64,000 nt of DNA from an uncultured Woeseiaceae bacterium (GCA_964428605.1 CAYRZI010000003.1:173-64172); one strand, 5' to 3'. Positions 8,267 through 18,211 are shown, counted from the stretch's first letter. Numbers and translations: made by a program. Notes: generated from the sequence alone by a model not told the origin.

Positions 8267-10372
8267 CTAGTCCTCCCCGGCGCGCCGGTCGCCGTCGCGC
8301 CGGCCGCCGGGCTCCGCTCCGCCGCCCAGGTGACGGTCGAACCAGTCGAGGATGAGCCGCAGGCGCTCCACCCGCTGCGACGGCGCTCCGTCCCTGGACA
8401 AGCCGTGGCTCTCGCCGGGCATGACCACCAGCTCCGCCGGCTTGCCGAGCTGCTTCAGGGCGGTGTAGTACTGCAGGCCCTGCTCCAGCGGCGTGCGGAA
8501 GTCCTCGCCGCTGTGGATGATCTGCACCGGTGTCGTGACCCGGTCCACCAGCATCAGTGGTGAGCGCGCCAGGTAATCGTCCGGGTCGCGCCAGGGGTAG
8601 TCCCGGAACCAGCGGGCGGTCACAAAGCGGTTAATGTCGCTGGTACCGACGAAGCTCAGCCAGTTGGTCACCGAACGATGGGCCGAAGCGGCACGGAAGC
8701 GCTCCGTCTGCCCCACCACCCAGGTGGTCAGCAGCCCGCCGCCGCTGCCGCCGGCCACGCCGAGGCGCCCGGCATCGATGTACTCGCGCCCCGCCACCGC
8801 ATCCACCACCGCCATCAGGTCGCGGAAATCGTCGCCGGGGTAGCGGTACTGGATAACGTTGCCGAAGACCTCGCCGTAGCCCGTGCTGCCCCGCGGGTTG
8901 GCGATCAGCACGAAGTAGCCCGCCGAGGCCAGCACCTGGAACTCGTGGAAGAAGTTGGTTCCGTACATCGAGTGCGGGCCGCCGTGGATGTACAGGATAA
9001 GCGGGTGGCGTTCGCGCATGTCGAAACGCGGCGGCTTGATCAGCCAGGCCTGGATGAGTGTGCCGTCGAAGGAGTCGACCCTGAGTTCTTCGTACTCCGC
9101 GAACCGGGGGTACTCCAGGAAGGCGGCGTTCAGCGAGGTATGCTGGCGCCAGCCGCCGCGCAGCGCCCGCTCCGGCGGGAAGGTCACGATCTGCGGCGGG
9201 AAGTCCGGCCGGCTGTAAACGGCGGCGATGCGGCCGTCGGCCGCCACGTCGAACCCGCGGATATCACCCTCGTCGAAATCGGTGACCGGCGTGACGACGG
9301 CGTCCTCCACGCCAACCCGCATGAGCTGCACGCGGCCCTCCACCGCGGACGTGAAGTAGAGGCTGCCACCGTCGGCCGACCAGGCGAGCCGGCGGGCGGG
9401 GCCGAACGGCGGGTTGACGTCGCCCGCCATCCCGTCGGCGACTCCGGCCGGCCAGTCCGCGGTGAGGTTGCGCCGTTCGCTGCCGTCCGGGCGCATGACC
9501 CAGAGCTCGTCCGGCCGGTAACTCACCGGCGGCTCCTCGTCGTCGAAACCGGTCCAGGCAATCCAGCCCCCATCCGGTGACGGCAGCGGATTGTCGTCCC
9601 GGCCGTAGCGGTCGGTCAGCGCCCGGGGCGGGCCGCTGCCGTCGGCGGCCACCGCGTAGAGTTCCGTATCGCCCAGCGCCAGCGCCTGCTCGGAGTCCAG
9701 CGCGGCACTGAAGTAGATCGTGCCGCCGTCGCTGCTCCAGGCCGGCACCCCGGCGCCGAAGTCGTGCCCGGTGAGCCACAATGGGTGCGCCCGCGGCTGC
9801 TGCACGGACACCACCGCGATCTGTGCCGTCCCCGGCCGCCGGTAACCCTCCCGGGCGTCCCGCCGGGTGAGCAGCCGGTCGGTGACGTAGGCCGCATCCC
9901 GGTCGGGCTCGGCGGCAGGCCGGGCCAGCACCGCGATGCGTCGGCTGTCCGGCGCCCAGGCGAAGGCCCGCACCCCGCCCTCGACGGCGGTCACCTGCAC
10001 GGCGTCGCCTCCACCGGCACGCAGCACGTGGACCTGTGCGTTGCCGTCCCGCCGGGAGAGAAACGCCAGCATGCCGCCGTCCGGCGACCAGGCCGGCGCA
10101 TAATCGGCCGCGGCGTCTGCGGTCACGCGGCGCTCGCCTGCGTCCCCGATCAGCCAGAGGTCCGCCGCGTAGGTATCGGATCCGGCGTCGGTGGCGAACC
10201 GGGTGTAGACCAGCCTGCCGCCGTCGGGCGCGTAGCGGGGACTGCCCGCATATTCCCATTCCAGCAGGGATTCCTCGGTGAGCGGCGCCGCCACCAGTGG
10301 CGGGCAGACGGCCACCAGCAGCGCGGCGGCCGGCAGCCAGGTGTTCATGGGCGGCATCGGCAGGCGGGTCAT
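8267..10372 (-). CDS. S9 prolyl oligopeptidase / acylaminoacyl peptidase, secreted
   Basis: Signal peptide, WSPDG beta-propeller repeats, IHGGPH, GGSGGG nucleophile, EDFR, GESH. Start may instead be 10348. Confidence 0.92.
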   Translation of the reverse strand: MTRLPMPPMNTWLPAAALLVAVCPPLVAAPLTEESLLEWEYAGSPRYAPDGGRLVYTRFATDAGSDTYAADLWLIGDAGERRVTADAAADYAPAWSPDGGMLAFLSRRDGNAQVHVLRAGGGDAVQVTAVEGGVRAFAWAPDSRRIAVLARPAAEPDRDAAYVTDRLLTRRDAREGYRRPGTAQIAVVSVQQPRAHPLWLTGHDFGAGVPAWSSDGGTIYFSAALDSEQALALGDTELYAVAADGSGPPRALTDRYGRDDNPLPSPDGGWIAWTGFDDEEPPVSYRPDELWVMRPDGSERRNLTADWPAGVADGMAGDVNPPFGPARRLAWSADGGSLYFTSAVEGRVQLMRVGVEDAVVTPVTDFDEGDIRGFDVAADGRIAAVYSRPDFPPQIVTFPPERALRGGWRQHTSLNAAFLEYPRFAEYEELRVDSFDGTLIQAWLIKPPRFDMRERHPLILYIHGGPHSMYGTNFFHEFQVLASAGYFVLIANPRGSTGYGEVFGNVIQYRYPGDDFRDLMAVVDAVAGREYIDAGRLGVAGGSGGGLLTTWVVGQTERFRAASAHRSVTNWLSFVGTSDINRFVTARWFRDYPWRDPDDYLARSPLMLVDRVTTPVQIIHSGEDFRTPLEQGLQYYTALKQLGKPAELVVMPGESHGLSRDGAPSQRVERLRLILDWFDRHLGGGAEPGGRRDGDRRAGED

Positions 10373-10496
10373 AACGGGCCGGATTCTAGCAGCAGGCGGC
10401 AGATCGCTGTGGCGTGACCTGGCGCAAGCACCGTCGGCACCGGATCGTCTAGCATGTGTCGGCAACCGATGGCGACGAAGCGGGCAGCGGCCGAAG

Positions 10497-11981
10497 ATGG
10501 ACGAACGCAAGGATCTCAGCCTGATACTGAACTCCCGGGTACCGATCATCGTGGTGGAGACCCACGAGGAGGACCGGGTGCTAGAACTGCTGCGCGACGT
10601 GAATCTCAGCGGCGGCGACTACCGTCCGCTCTTCCGCTGGACGATCACCGACGGGCTGCAGCGCCTCGACATCGAACTCGAGCCCCAGCTGCACAACAGC
10701 CAGCCGCCGGACGTACTGCGCCACATCCGCGCCGTGGACAAGCCGGGCCTGTACGTGCTGCTGGACTTTCATCCCTACCTGGAGGATCCGGTCAACGTCC
10801 GTCTGATCAAGGACATCTGCATGGGCTTCCGCAACACGAACCGGCACCTGGTGCTGATCAGCCACCGCATCAGCCTGCCTGCGGAGGTCGAGCGCTTCTC
10901 CGCCCGACTCGAATTGAGCATGCCGTCCCCGGCACGGCGCGAGGAGATCGTGCGCTCGGTCGCCCGGGAATGGGCGCAGGGCAATGCGGGCCGGCCCGTG
11001 CGTACGGACCGGCAGGCCTTCCAGCTGCTGATCCGCAATCTCGGCGGGCTGACTGCCGCCGATACGCAGCGCCTGGCGCGCAATGCCATCTTCCACGACG
11101 GCGCCATCTCGGCCGACGACATCCCCGAAGTCATGCGGGCGAAATACGAACTCCTGAACCGGGGCGGCCTGCTCTCCTACGAATACGAGACGGCAGACTT
11201 CGCCGAGGTGGGCGGACTCGCCCGACTCAAGTGCTGGCTGGAACGGCGTCGCGGCGCATTCCTGAAGCCGGACGAGAACCGTCATCTGGACCTCCCGCGG
11301 GGGCTGCTGTTGATTGGCGTGCAGGGCTGCGGCAAGAGCCTGGCAGCCAAGGCCACCGCCGGCGTCTACGGCATCCCGCTCCTGCGTCTCGACTTCGGCG
11401 CGCTGTACAACAAGTATCACGGCGAGACCGAGCGCAACCTGCGCGAAGCGCTGCGTACGGCCGAGGTCATGTCCCCCTGCGTGCTGTGGATCGACGAACT
11501 GGAGAAAGGACTGGCCGGCGGCAACGACAATACGGGCACCAGCCGGCGCGTACTCGCCACGTTCCTGACCTGGATGGCGGAGAAACGCGAGCAGGTGTTC
11601 GTGGTGGCCACCGCGAACGAGATCGACGCGCTGCCGCCGGAACTGGTGCGCAAGGGCAGGTTCGACGAGATCTTCTTCGTCGACCTGCCCCGTCCGGAGA
11701 TCCGGCGGGAGATCTTCGCCCTGCAGCTCGCGGCCCGGGACCTCGACCCGGCCGGCTTCGACGTGGCCGCGCTGGCCGACGCCAGTCACGGCTTCTCCGG
11801 CGCCGAGATCGAACAGGCCGTCGTCGCCGCGCTCTACACGGTGCACGGCGCCGACCGCACGCCGGACACCGCGGACGTGCTGGCCGAGATCGAGGCGACC
11901 CGCCCGCTGTCGGTCGTGATGGCGGAGCGCATCGATCGTCTCCGGCGCTGGGCCGAGGGGCGTACCGTACCCGCCGACTGA
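10497..11981 (+). CDS. Ycf46-like AAA+ ATPase
   Basis: Walker A GVQGCGKS, Walker B LWIDELEK, PELVRKGRFDEIFFVDLP; N-terminal PIIVVETHEEDR..LLDFHPYL domain. Confidence 0.85.
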   Translation: MDERKDLSLILNSRVPIIVVETHEEDRVLELLRDVNLSGGDYRPLFRWTITDGLQRLDIELEPQLHNSQPPDVLRHIRAVDKPGLYVLLDFHPYLEDPVNVRLIKDICMGFRNTNRHLVLISHRISLPAEVERFSARLELSMPSPARREEIVRSVAREWAQGNAGRPVRTDRQAFQLLIRNLGGLTAADTQRLARNAIFHDGAISADDIPEVMRAKYELLNRGGLLSYEYETADFAEVGGLARLKCWLERRRGAFLKPDENRHLDLPRGLLLIGVQGCGKSLAAKATAGVYGIPLLRLDFGALYNKYHGETERNLREALRTAEVMSPCVLWIDELEKGLAGGNDNTGTSRRVLATFLTWMAEKREQVFVVATANEIDALPPELVRKGRFDEIFFVDLPRPEIRREIFALQLAARDLDPAGFDVAALADASHGFSGAEIEQAVVAALYTVHGADRTPDTADVLAEIEATRPLSVVMAERIDRLRRWAEGRTVPAD

Positions 11982-12059
11982 CCGAGGCTCCGGGCCGCCC
12001 GCCGGACGCAGCCGCGGCCCCTCCGCGCCCGCCCGCCGCGGGCGTGCTAGACTTTTTCC

Positions 12060-13757
12060 ATGGCATCGGAAAGCAACAACAAGATAGATGCTCTGGTGGA
12101 CGAGACTCGGCTGGACGACGCTCTGGTAGACGACGACCCTACCGACGAGCTCCGTGTGCTGGGCGCCGGTGCCGACGAAGGCACCGACGAGCTGCACCAG
12201 CTCGACCCGGACACGATCAGCCGGGAAGAGAAGATCCTGTCCCTGCAATCCGACCTGGAGGAGCGCGGCGAGCGCATCCGCTCGCTCGAGGACCGACTCG
12301 GCCAGATGCAGGCGCGCTGGGACGAGGTGGAGCAGGAGCTGGCCGCACGGGAGAGCACCGCAGCGGCACTGCGCCAGGAGCTGGACGCCGCCCGCGAGCG
12401 CATCGCCGCCCAGCAGGAGCAGCTGAACGACACCGCCGAACGCAGCACCGCCCTGAACGAGGCCGTCGCGGCGGGCCAACGGCGTCTCGCCGAGGGCGAG
12501 GACGAACGCAGGCGGCTCGAGGCCGAACTGGCGCGTGCCAGGCAGGAGACCGGGCGCCTGCAGCAGGCGCTGGCCGAGGTCGAGCAGCAGGACTCGCGCC
12601 TGCGGTCCGGCCTTTCGCTGCTGGCACGCAGCCGGCGCGCGGCGGGCCGGGCGAACCGGCAGGCGGAGCGCATGGAGCGGCGGCTCGCCCGACGAGAGGC
12701 GTCGGCCCGTGCACTGGAACGCGAGCTGTCCCGCGTGCAGCGCGACAACCATGCGCTGCGCCAGCGCTTCGAACACCGGGACATGCAGCAACGCGGACTG
12801 GAATCCGCCGCCGCCGAAATGCAGGCCCGGCTCGCGGAGAGCGCCGGATGGCGCGAGCGGGCCGAGGAACTCTCAGGCTCCCTCGCCGAGGTTCGCGACG
12901 CGGCAGCCGAACTCGCACGGCGCCTCGACGAGCGCGATGCAACCATCGCCCGGCTGGAGGCAGACAACGAAGACCGCCGGCGCGAGGCGGAGGAACTGCG
13001 CACGGCGCTGGGAGAGGCACACGGCACCGCCGGCGAAGCCGAGCGGCTGCGGACCCGGGCCGCCGAGCAACTGGAGGAGCGTGCGAGTGAGCTCGAACAG
13101 GTCTGGCACGAGCTCTGCGAGCGCGACCAGGAACTGGAGAAGGCCCGCTCGCGCCTCGGGCAGATGGAGAGCCGCGTGGGCGAGCTGAAGGGCAGACTGG
13201 CCGGGCACGAATCCCGCGAACAGAGCGCTGCCGAGACAATCGAGTCGCTGCGCAGCGAACTGCACGAAACCCGCACGGAGCTGACGACCGCGCTGGGCCG
13301 CAACAGCGAACTGTCCGGCGAACTCGAGCAGCTGCGCGGTCAGGTGACCCGCCTGGGCGACCTCGAGACGTCGATGGAGAATCTCGATGCGCGTATGGCG
13401 CGGAGCATGATGGGGGAACCGGAGTCCGGCGGCGAACAGGCGCGCATCGGCCGATCGCTGGTGGCCGAGATCAACGGCAAGGACATCCGCTATCCCCTGT
13501 TCCGCGAGCGCATCACCATCGGGCGCACCGCCGGCAACGATATTCAGCTGAAGACGCCCTTCGTCAGCCGCTTTCACGCGGCGATCATCAACGAGCCGGA
13601 CCGGGTGCACGTCGTGGATCTGGGCAGCAAGAACGGGATCTATGTGAACGGCGAACGCACGCCCCGTGCGGACCTGAGTCCGGGGGACCGGCTGGTGATC
13701 GGCGACAGCCGGTTCCTCTATCAAGAGACGGCGCGGGAGCCCGGCGCCGACTCCTGA
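12060..13757 (+). CDS. Long coiled-coil protein with C-terminal FHA domain
   Basis: About 390 aa of heptad-like E/R/L/A sequence; FHA motifs ITIGR, FVSRFHA, DLGSKNGIYVNG. Confidence 0.88.
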   Translation: MASESNNKIDALVDETRLDDALVDDDPTDELRVLGAGADEGTDELHQLDPDTISREEKILSLQSDLEERGERIRSLEDRLGQMQARWDEVEQELAARESTAAALRQELDAARERIAAQQEQLNDTAERSTALNEAVAAGQRRLAEGEDERRRLEAELARARQETGRLQQALAEVEQQDSRLRSGLSLLARSRRAAGRANRQAERMERRLARREASARALERELSRVQRDNHALRQRFEHRDMQQRGLESAAAEMQARLAESAGWRERAEELSGSLAEVRDAAAELARRLDERDATIARLEADNEDRRREAEELRTALGEAHGTAGEAERLRTRAAEQLEERASELEQVWHELCERDQELEKARSRLGQMESRVGELKGRLAGHESREQSAAETIESLRSELHETRTELTTALGRNSELSGELEQLRGQVTRLGDLETSMENLDARMARSMMGEPESGGEQARIGRSLVAEINGKDIRYPLFRERITIGRTAGNDIQLKTPFVSRFHAAIINEPDRVHVVDLGSKNGIYVNGERTPRADLSPGDRLVIGDSRFLYQETAREPGADS

Positions 13758-13758
13758 T

Positions 13759-13774
13759 TGTGAGCACAGTCACG
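13759..13774. promoter_or_regulatory. CRP-family binding site, class II geometry (-10 TAGCCT at 13796-13801)
   Basis: TGTGA-GCACAG-TCACG (9/10 consensus); centre is 29.5 bp before the -10, i.e. -41.5. Confidence 0.7.
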
Positions 13775-13846
13775 GACCGGTTTGCCGCGCTGCGCTAGCC
13801 TCGGCTGCAGTACTCGGCCGTACCCGGCCGGACGGATACGCGACTG

Positions 13847-14116
13847 ATGGGCAGCAGGGACGCACGGGCGACGGAGTCGGCAACACTGCGCGAGCGCGGC
13901 CGCTCGCTGGCGGGGCGCCGCGTATGGCTGCCCACCCTGCTGTACGAGGCGCTACCCTATTTCTACCTGACGGCAGGCTTCCTGGCCCTGTTTGCCACGC
14001 TCTACATCAGTGCCTGGTACTGGGTGGTTCCGTACTACCTGCTGTTCGCCGGCTGCTGCCTGCATCTCGGCGTCCGCATCTGGCGCCGGCGCCAGCGCGA
14101 GCGCCTACGGCCCTGA
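13847..14116 (+). CDS. Small two-TM membrane protein, unknown function
   Basis: WLPTLLYEALPYFY, two hydrophobic segments, basic tail. Confidence 0.7.
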   Translation: MGSRDARATESATLRERGRSLAGRRVWLPTLLYEALPYFYLTAGFLALFATLYISAWYWVVPYYLLFAGCCLHLGVRIWRRRQRERLRP

Positions 14117-14674
14117 GGACGGTCCCGGGTCCGGCGAACGCAGCAGTTCCTCCAGGGCGAACACCTCCTCTTCCGCCGGCGCCGCCAGCACGCGCAACGC
14201 CTCGGCAAGGCGCAGCACGTATTCCGTATTGGGCCCGCTGGGACCCGTGCTCGCACGGATCTGGCGTGCCATATCGGCCAGCGGTGCCGGGCCCAGGAAA
14301 TGCTCCCCGGCCGGGTCGGCCACATAGGTGATGGCCTCGCCCCGGCGGCCGTCGTCCAGTTCCACGGCGAGGGTACGCTTCAGATAGCCGTTCTTCTCGC
14401 GGTGATCGAGATAGCCGATCACCTCCGCCCGGGCGGCGGCACGGATCCGGTAGGCGACACCCCGGCAGAGCGCACCGGCCTGCGGTGCGAGAGTCGCGAC
14501 ACGGCCCGGCTGCGCCGGGGTGCCGCGGTGGTCGGTGGAGGCCTGCCAGAAGCGCCGCACCTGGCCGGGGCTCGAGGCCGCTACCGCCTCGCTATGGGGA
14601 AAGTCCGGCCGCCACACCAGGGAGCCGTAGCCGAAAATCCACAGTTCCTGTTCGCGTCCGCCGGTCGCAGGCAT
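14105..14674 (-). CDS. chaC: ChaC-family gamma-glutamylcyclotransferase
   Basis: WIFGYGSLVWRP, STDHRGTP..PGRVATL, LDHREKNGY, GPSGPNTEY. Confidence 0.92.
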   Translation of the reverse strand: MPATGGREQELWIFGYGSLVWRPDFPHSEAVAASSPGQVRRFWQASTDHRGTPAQPGRVATLAPQAGALCRGVAYRIRAAARAEVIGYLDHREKNGYLKRTLAVELDDGRRGEAITYVADPAGEHFLGPAPLADMARQIRASTGPSGPNTEYVLRLAEALRVLAAPAEEEVFALEELLRSPDPGPSSGP

Positions 14675-14765
14675 TCCCGATACCTCGTTGCCGGTTGCCG
14701 ACGCGGGGCTTGATTCCGCCCGGCAAGTCGCCGAGCATCCCCGCTTCCACCGCCGGATTCTCGCA

Positions 14766-15074
14766 ATGCCAGACGAAAAAAACGACATCGGACGCATCCT
14801 GAAACGCGAGCTGCTGCTTGCCGGTGGATTGCTGCTGGCGGGCATACTCTTACTGCCGGCGGCCGTCTACGGCGTGGGCTTCCTGATTTTCGGGGAGTAT
14901 CCCGACGGCCCGGCGGGCTTTTACCGCGAGATCTGGAGCGCACTCGCCGCGGGCAACGCGGGCACCTGGTTTCTCGTGCTCAGTCCCTGGCTGGTGTTGA
15001 CGGCCGTCCGTCTCACCTGGCGCGGCATCCGCCGCCCGCGTAACCGCAGCCCTCGCGACCGCAGCCCTGCGTGA
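14766..15074 (+). CDS. Small two-TM hypothetical protein
   Basis: LLPAAVYGVGFLIFGEY...WFLVLSPW; divergent from chaC. Confidence 0.65.
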   Translation: MPDEKNDIGRILKRELLLAGGLLLAGILLLPAAVYGVGFLIFGEYPDGPAGFYREIWSALAAGNAGTWFLVLSPWLVLTAVRLTWRGIRRPRNRSPRDRSPA

Positions 15075-15099
15075 GCGTTGCCGGAGAGGATGCCGAAAA

Positions 15100-15115
15100 T
15101 GTGAAACGGTTCACA
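15100..15115. promoter_or_regulatory. Perfect CRP-family binding site
   Basis: aaaTGTGA-AACGGT-TCACA in an AT-rich intergenic region. Confidence 0.75.
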
Positions 15116-15127
15116 GAACTCTCACAA

Positions 15128-15140
15128 AATCAATGAATTG
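15128..15140 (+). promoter_or_regulatory. IHF consensus site
   Basis: AATCAA-TGAA-TTG matches WATCAANNNNTTR. Confidence 0.55.
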
Positions 15141-15253
15141 ACGGGTAATTTGACAAAATTATGTAAAGTTTTGGGTGCAGACTGGAAGACGCTGCGCATA
15201 ATTCAGGTGTCAGCCGCCCCGTTGCAGGCGGCGCGTGAAGAACAACAGACACG

Positions 15254-15625
15254 ATGACGTCTTACCTCAAGAAAATGCTGGGAGAACGCCTGCTCGGCCG
15301 ATTCGGCCCACGGCAGGAACCGCCCCCCGGACGCGGGGCGACGCCCATACTGAACCGGATGCTGGCCGAACAGCGTGCACGCGAGCGGCTGCAGCCGCCG
15401 CGCCAGGAGGAGGCGCCGCCGCCTCCCCGGGTCGATCACCTGCCCGCGGGCACCCGCATCGACTCCAACGGCAACGGCAAGAACGTGTACCTCGGCGAAA
15501 TCCCCGGGGACGGGCGCGACGAGGTGCTGAAGCTGCTGGACGACCCGTCGCTGTCGATCGACGAGGACCACGCGTTCGACCCCTACGACCACTCCGATTC
15601 CTGGCGCCGCGACGACCATCGGTAA
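15254..15625 (+). CDS. Hypothetical cytoplasmic protein (orphan)
   Basis: ORF with genome-typical codon use; ends LSIDEDHAFDPYDHSDSWRR. Confidence 0.65.
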   Translation: MTSYLKKMLGERLLGRFGPRQEPPPGRGATPILNRMLAEQRARERLQPPRQEEAPPPPRVDHLPAGTRIDSNGNGKNVYLGEIPGDGRDEVLKLLDDPSLSIDEDHAFDPYDHSDSWRRDDHR

Positions 15626-15664
15626 CGGCCGGCATGCCGGCGGCACAGCCGCCGCCTCTTGACA

Positions 15665-15704
15665 TAACTCCTTGATTTAAGGCCGGGTTGTGACCTGGTT
15701 CCTC
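15665..15704. promoter_or_regulatory. IHF site (15665-15677) plus weaker CRP-family site (15689-15704)
   Basis: TAACTCCTTGATT is the reverse IHF consensus; TGTGA-CCTGGT-TCCTC; extended -10 TGaCAGACT at 15724-15732. Confidence 0.45.
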
Positions 15705-15771
15705 GTTGCCGGCCGGGTGCCGGTGACAGACTGCGCTGCGCTGTCCCTGTTGAGCACGGAGGGTGCGGCCG

Positions 15772-16287
15772 ATGAACACGCCACTGACCCGCCTCGCGGC
15801 CTGGATGCTGACCTTGCTGCTGGCCGGCGGGGCGCCGGCCGAAGAGACGGCCGGCCCGCCTGCCGCCACGCCGCCAGCCAACGCCGCGACTCAGTCGGCG
15901 GCAGGAGAGATCATCGCCCGCCCGGGCACCGGCGCCGCCACCCTCGGCTTCGCTCTGCTGCCGACCCGCTTCCGCCATACCGCCACACCGGCCCCGGCCT
16001 CCGCCCGCGCGGACGCCGGGGATGCGGAGCCGGGCATCCGCGCCATGGACTACCGGGACCGGGCGCCGCTCATTACCCGGCTGAAGGAACTGGACGGCCT
16101 GCGGCTGCTCACGTTCTGGGAGACCCGGGCATTCGCGGTCTTCTTCGGCGTCTCCCGTGATGGCATCGCCGGCCTGAACATCGCCCAGAAAAAGGATGGC
16201 CCGGTGGAGCGGGACGACGAGGAGGCCGGGCCGGAGGACCCCGCTCCCGAACCGACCTACCTGGCCGCTTCCATCTACCGCCGCTAG
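15772..16287 (+). CDS. Hypothetical exported protein
   Basis: Signal-peptide-like N-terminus; core LRLLTFWETRAFAVFFGVSRDGIAGLNI; GGAGG SD. Confidence 0.65.
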   Translation: MNTPLTRLAAWMLTLLLAGGAPAEETAGPPAATPPANAATQSAAGEIIARPGTGAATLGFALLPTRFRHTATPAPASARADAGDAEPGIRAMDYRDRAPLITRLKELDGLRLLTFWETRAFAVFFGVSRDGIAGLNIAQKKDGPVERDDEEAGPEDPAPEPTYLAASIYRR

Positions 16288-16294
16288 TCCGGCC

Positions 16295-18058
16295 TCAGCT
16301 GCCTTCCCGGGCCGCGGCGGAGGCGTCCCGCGTCGCCCGGAACTCGTTGCCATCGGCCCAGTTCGGCCACTCCCGCGTGCCGGCGAGTGCCCGGCCCACC
16401 GTGAACAGCAATTCGATGTCCTCCACCACGCCGCGCAGGTCCCAGTCCTCGCTGTATTCGTCGGCTACCTTGTGGTAGCGCTCGCTGATCCAGGCGCTGT
16501 TGTAGGCGAGACCGTACTCCCGGCCCTTCTCGCGGTGGTCGACGCCGCCGCGCAGGTACAGTGCGGGCACGCCGCGCTTGGCGAAACTGAAGTGGTCGGA
16601 CCGGTAGAAGAAGCCCTTCTCCGGCGTGGGCTCGCGTTCCAGGTGGCGCCCCTGGGCCTCCGCCGCCCGGGCCGCGTAGTCGTCCAGCTCGGAATTGCCG
16701 TAGCCGATCACCGTGACGTCGTGGCTCGGGCCCGCCAGCGACATGGCGTCCAGGTTGATGTTGGCCACGGTGCGTTCCAGCGGGAACAGCGGGTGGCTCG
16801 CATACCACGCGGAGCCGAGCAGTCCCGATTCCTCCGCCGTAACCGCCAGGAACACCACGCTGCGTGCGGGCCCGGTCTCCATGGCGGCGAAGGCCTCGGC
16901 GATCTCCAGCATACCGGCCACGCCGCTCGCGTTGTCGACGGCGCCGTTGTAGATGCGGTCCTCCAGCACGGAGCGGGCCACGCCCAGGTGATCCCAGTGG
17001 GCCGTGTATACGATGTACTCGTCGGGATGCTCGGCGCCCGGCAGCATGCCGACCACGTTGGCCGATTCCATGCTGGCGAGGCTGTTCCCGACGGCGACGC
17101 TCGCCTGCAGGCCGAGCGGCCGCGCCTCGAAGTCCCGGCCGGCGGCCGCGCTCACCGCCTCGTCGAAATCCACACCCGCCGCTGAGAAGACCGAAAGCGC
17201 CGCCTCCCCGGTCAGCCAGCCCTCGATGGCCACCCGCGGCGGCGCTGCGTCACCCAGGTCCAGGTCGAACTGCTCGCCGCTCCAGCTGCCGCTCACCACC
17301 AGCCACGGATAGCCGGCTGCCTCGGTCTCGTGGATGATCAGCGCACCGGCTGCGCCCTGCCGCGCCGCCTCCTCGTACTTGTAGGTCCAGCGTCCGTAGT
17401 AGGTCATGGCGCGGCCGTTGAACAGTTCCGGGTCGCCGGTGGCGAAGCCGGGATCGTTCACCAGCATCACCACCGTCTTGCCCGCGACGTCGAGACCCTC
17501 GTAGTCGTTCCAGTCGTATTCCGGCGCGACGATGCCGTAACCGACGAACACCATGTCGCTGTCGGTCAGCGACTCGGCCTCCGCGTAGCGCTTGGTCCAC
17601 ACCATCATGTCCTGCTGGTAACGGAACGACAGCGTCTCGTCGCCGCCTCCGATCGCGAGCGGCGTGACCTCCTCGGCCGTGACGGAGACCAGCGGGACGG
17701 TCTGCAGGTAGCTGTCGCCGTTGGCCGGCTGCAGGCCGGCGGCGCGGAACTCGGCGGTGAGGTAGTCGACCGTGTTGCGCTCGCCCTCGCCCCCCGGCGC
17801 CCGGCCCTGGAATTCATCCGAGGCGAGTACCCTGACGTGTTCGGCGAAATCCGTGGCGTCTATGGCGGCAGTGGCGGCGGCGGCATCACCGCCGGCGGCA
17901 ACCCCGGCGGAGGGAGCCTCCGCGGTGGCCGGCGGCTCGCCCGCCGGCGCGACCTCGTCCGGGGCTTCACCGCCGCAGGCCGCGGTCAGCGTGCCAATGA
18001 GAACGGCGGTCGCGGCCACGGCCGCGCGACGCGAAAACCGGCGCACAACGATATCCAT
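16295..18058 (-). CDS. M28-family metallopeptidase with PA domain, lipoprotein
   Basis: Lipobox TAAC; LASDEFQGR, YYGRWTYK, TAHWDHLG, GAVDNASG, AEESGLLGS, RSDH. Confidence 0.93.
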   Translation of the reverse strand: MDIVVRRFSRRAAVAATAVLIGTLTAACGGEAPDEVAPAGEPPATAEAPSAGVAAGGDAAAATAAIDATDFAEHVRVLASDEFQGRAPGGEGERNTVDYLTAEFRAAGLQPANGDSYLQTVPLVSVTAEEVTPLAIGGGDETLSFRYQQDMMVWTKRYAEAESLTDSDMVFVGYGIVAPEYDWNDYEGLDVAGKTVVMLVNDPGFATGDPELFNGRAMTYYGRWTYKYEEAARQGAAGALIIHETEAAGYPWLVVSGSWSGEQFDLDLGDAAPPRVAIEGWLTGEAALSVFSAAGVDFDEAVSAAAGRDFEARPLGLQASVAVGNSLASMESANVVGMLPGAEHPDEYIVYTAHWDHLGVARSVLEDRIYNGAVDNASGVAGMLEIAEAFAAMETGPARSVVFLAVTAEESGLLGSAWYASHPLFPLERTVANINLDAMSLAGPSHDVTVIGYGNSELDDYAARAAEAQGRHLEREPTPEKGFFYRSDHFSFAKRGVPALYLRGGVDHREKGREYGLAYNSAWISERYHKVADEYSEDWDLRGVVEDIELLFTVGRALAGTREWPNWADGNEFRATRDASAAAREGS

Positions 18059-18211
18059 GCTGTCTCCTGTTCGGTTCCCGGCCGCCCGTCCGGCGGCCCT
18101 CGATACGAGCCGCACGGTATACCAGAAACGGCACACGGGTACACGCCGGCGCAATTGACCCCGTTATGCCCCCCCGCGTACGCTCGCCGCTACCCGCCCA
18201 GGAGAAAAGTC

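Noticed and set aside
12060-13757. SMC/Wadjet or T6SS component
   Set aside because: No Walker motifs or hinge in the coiled-coil protein, and no jet or tss genes nearby.
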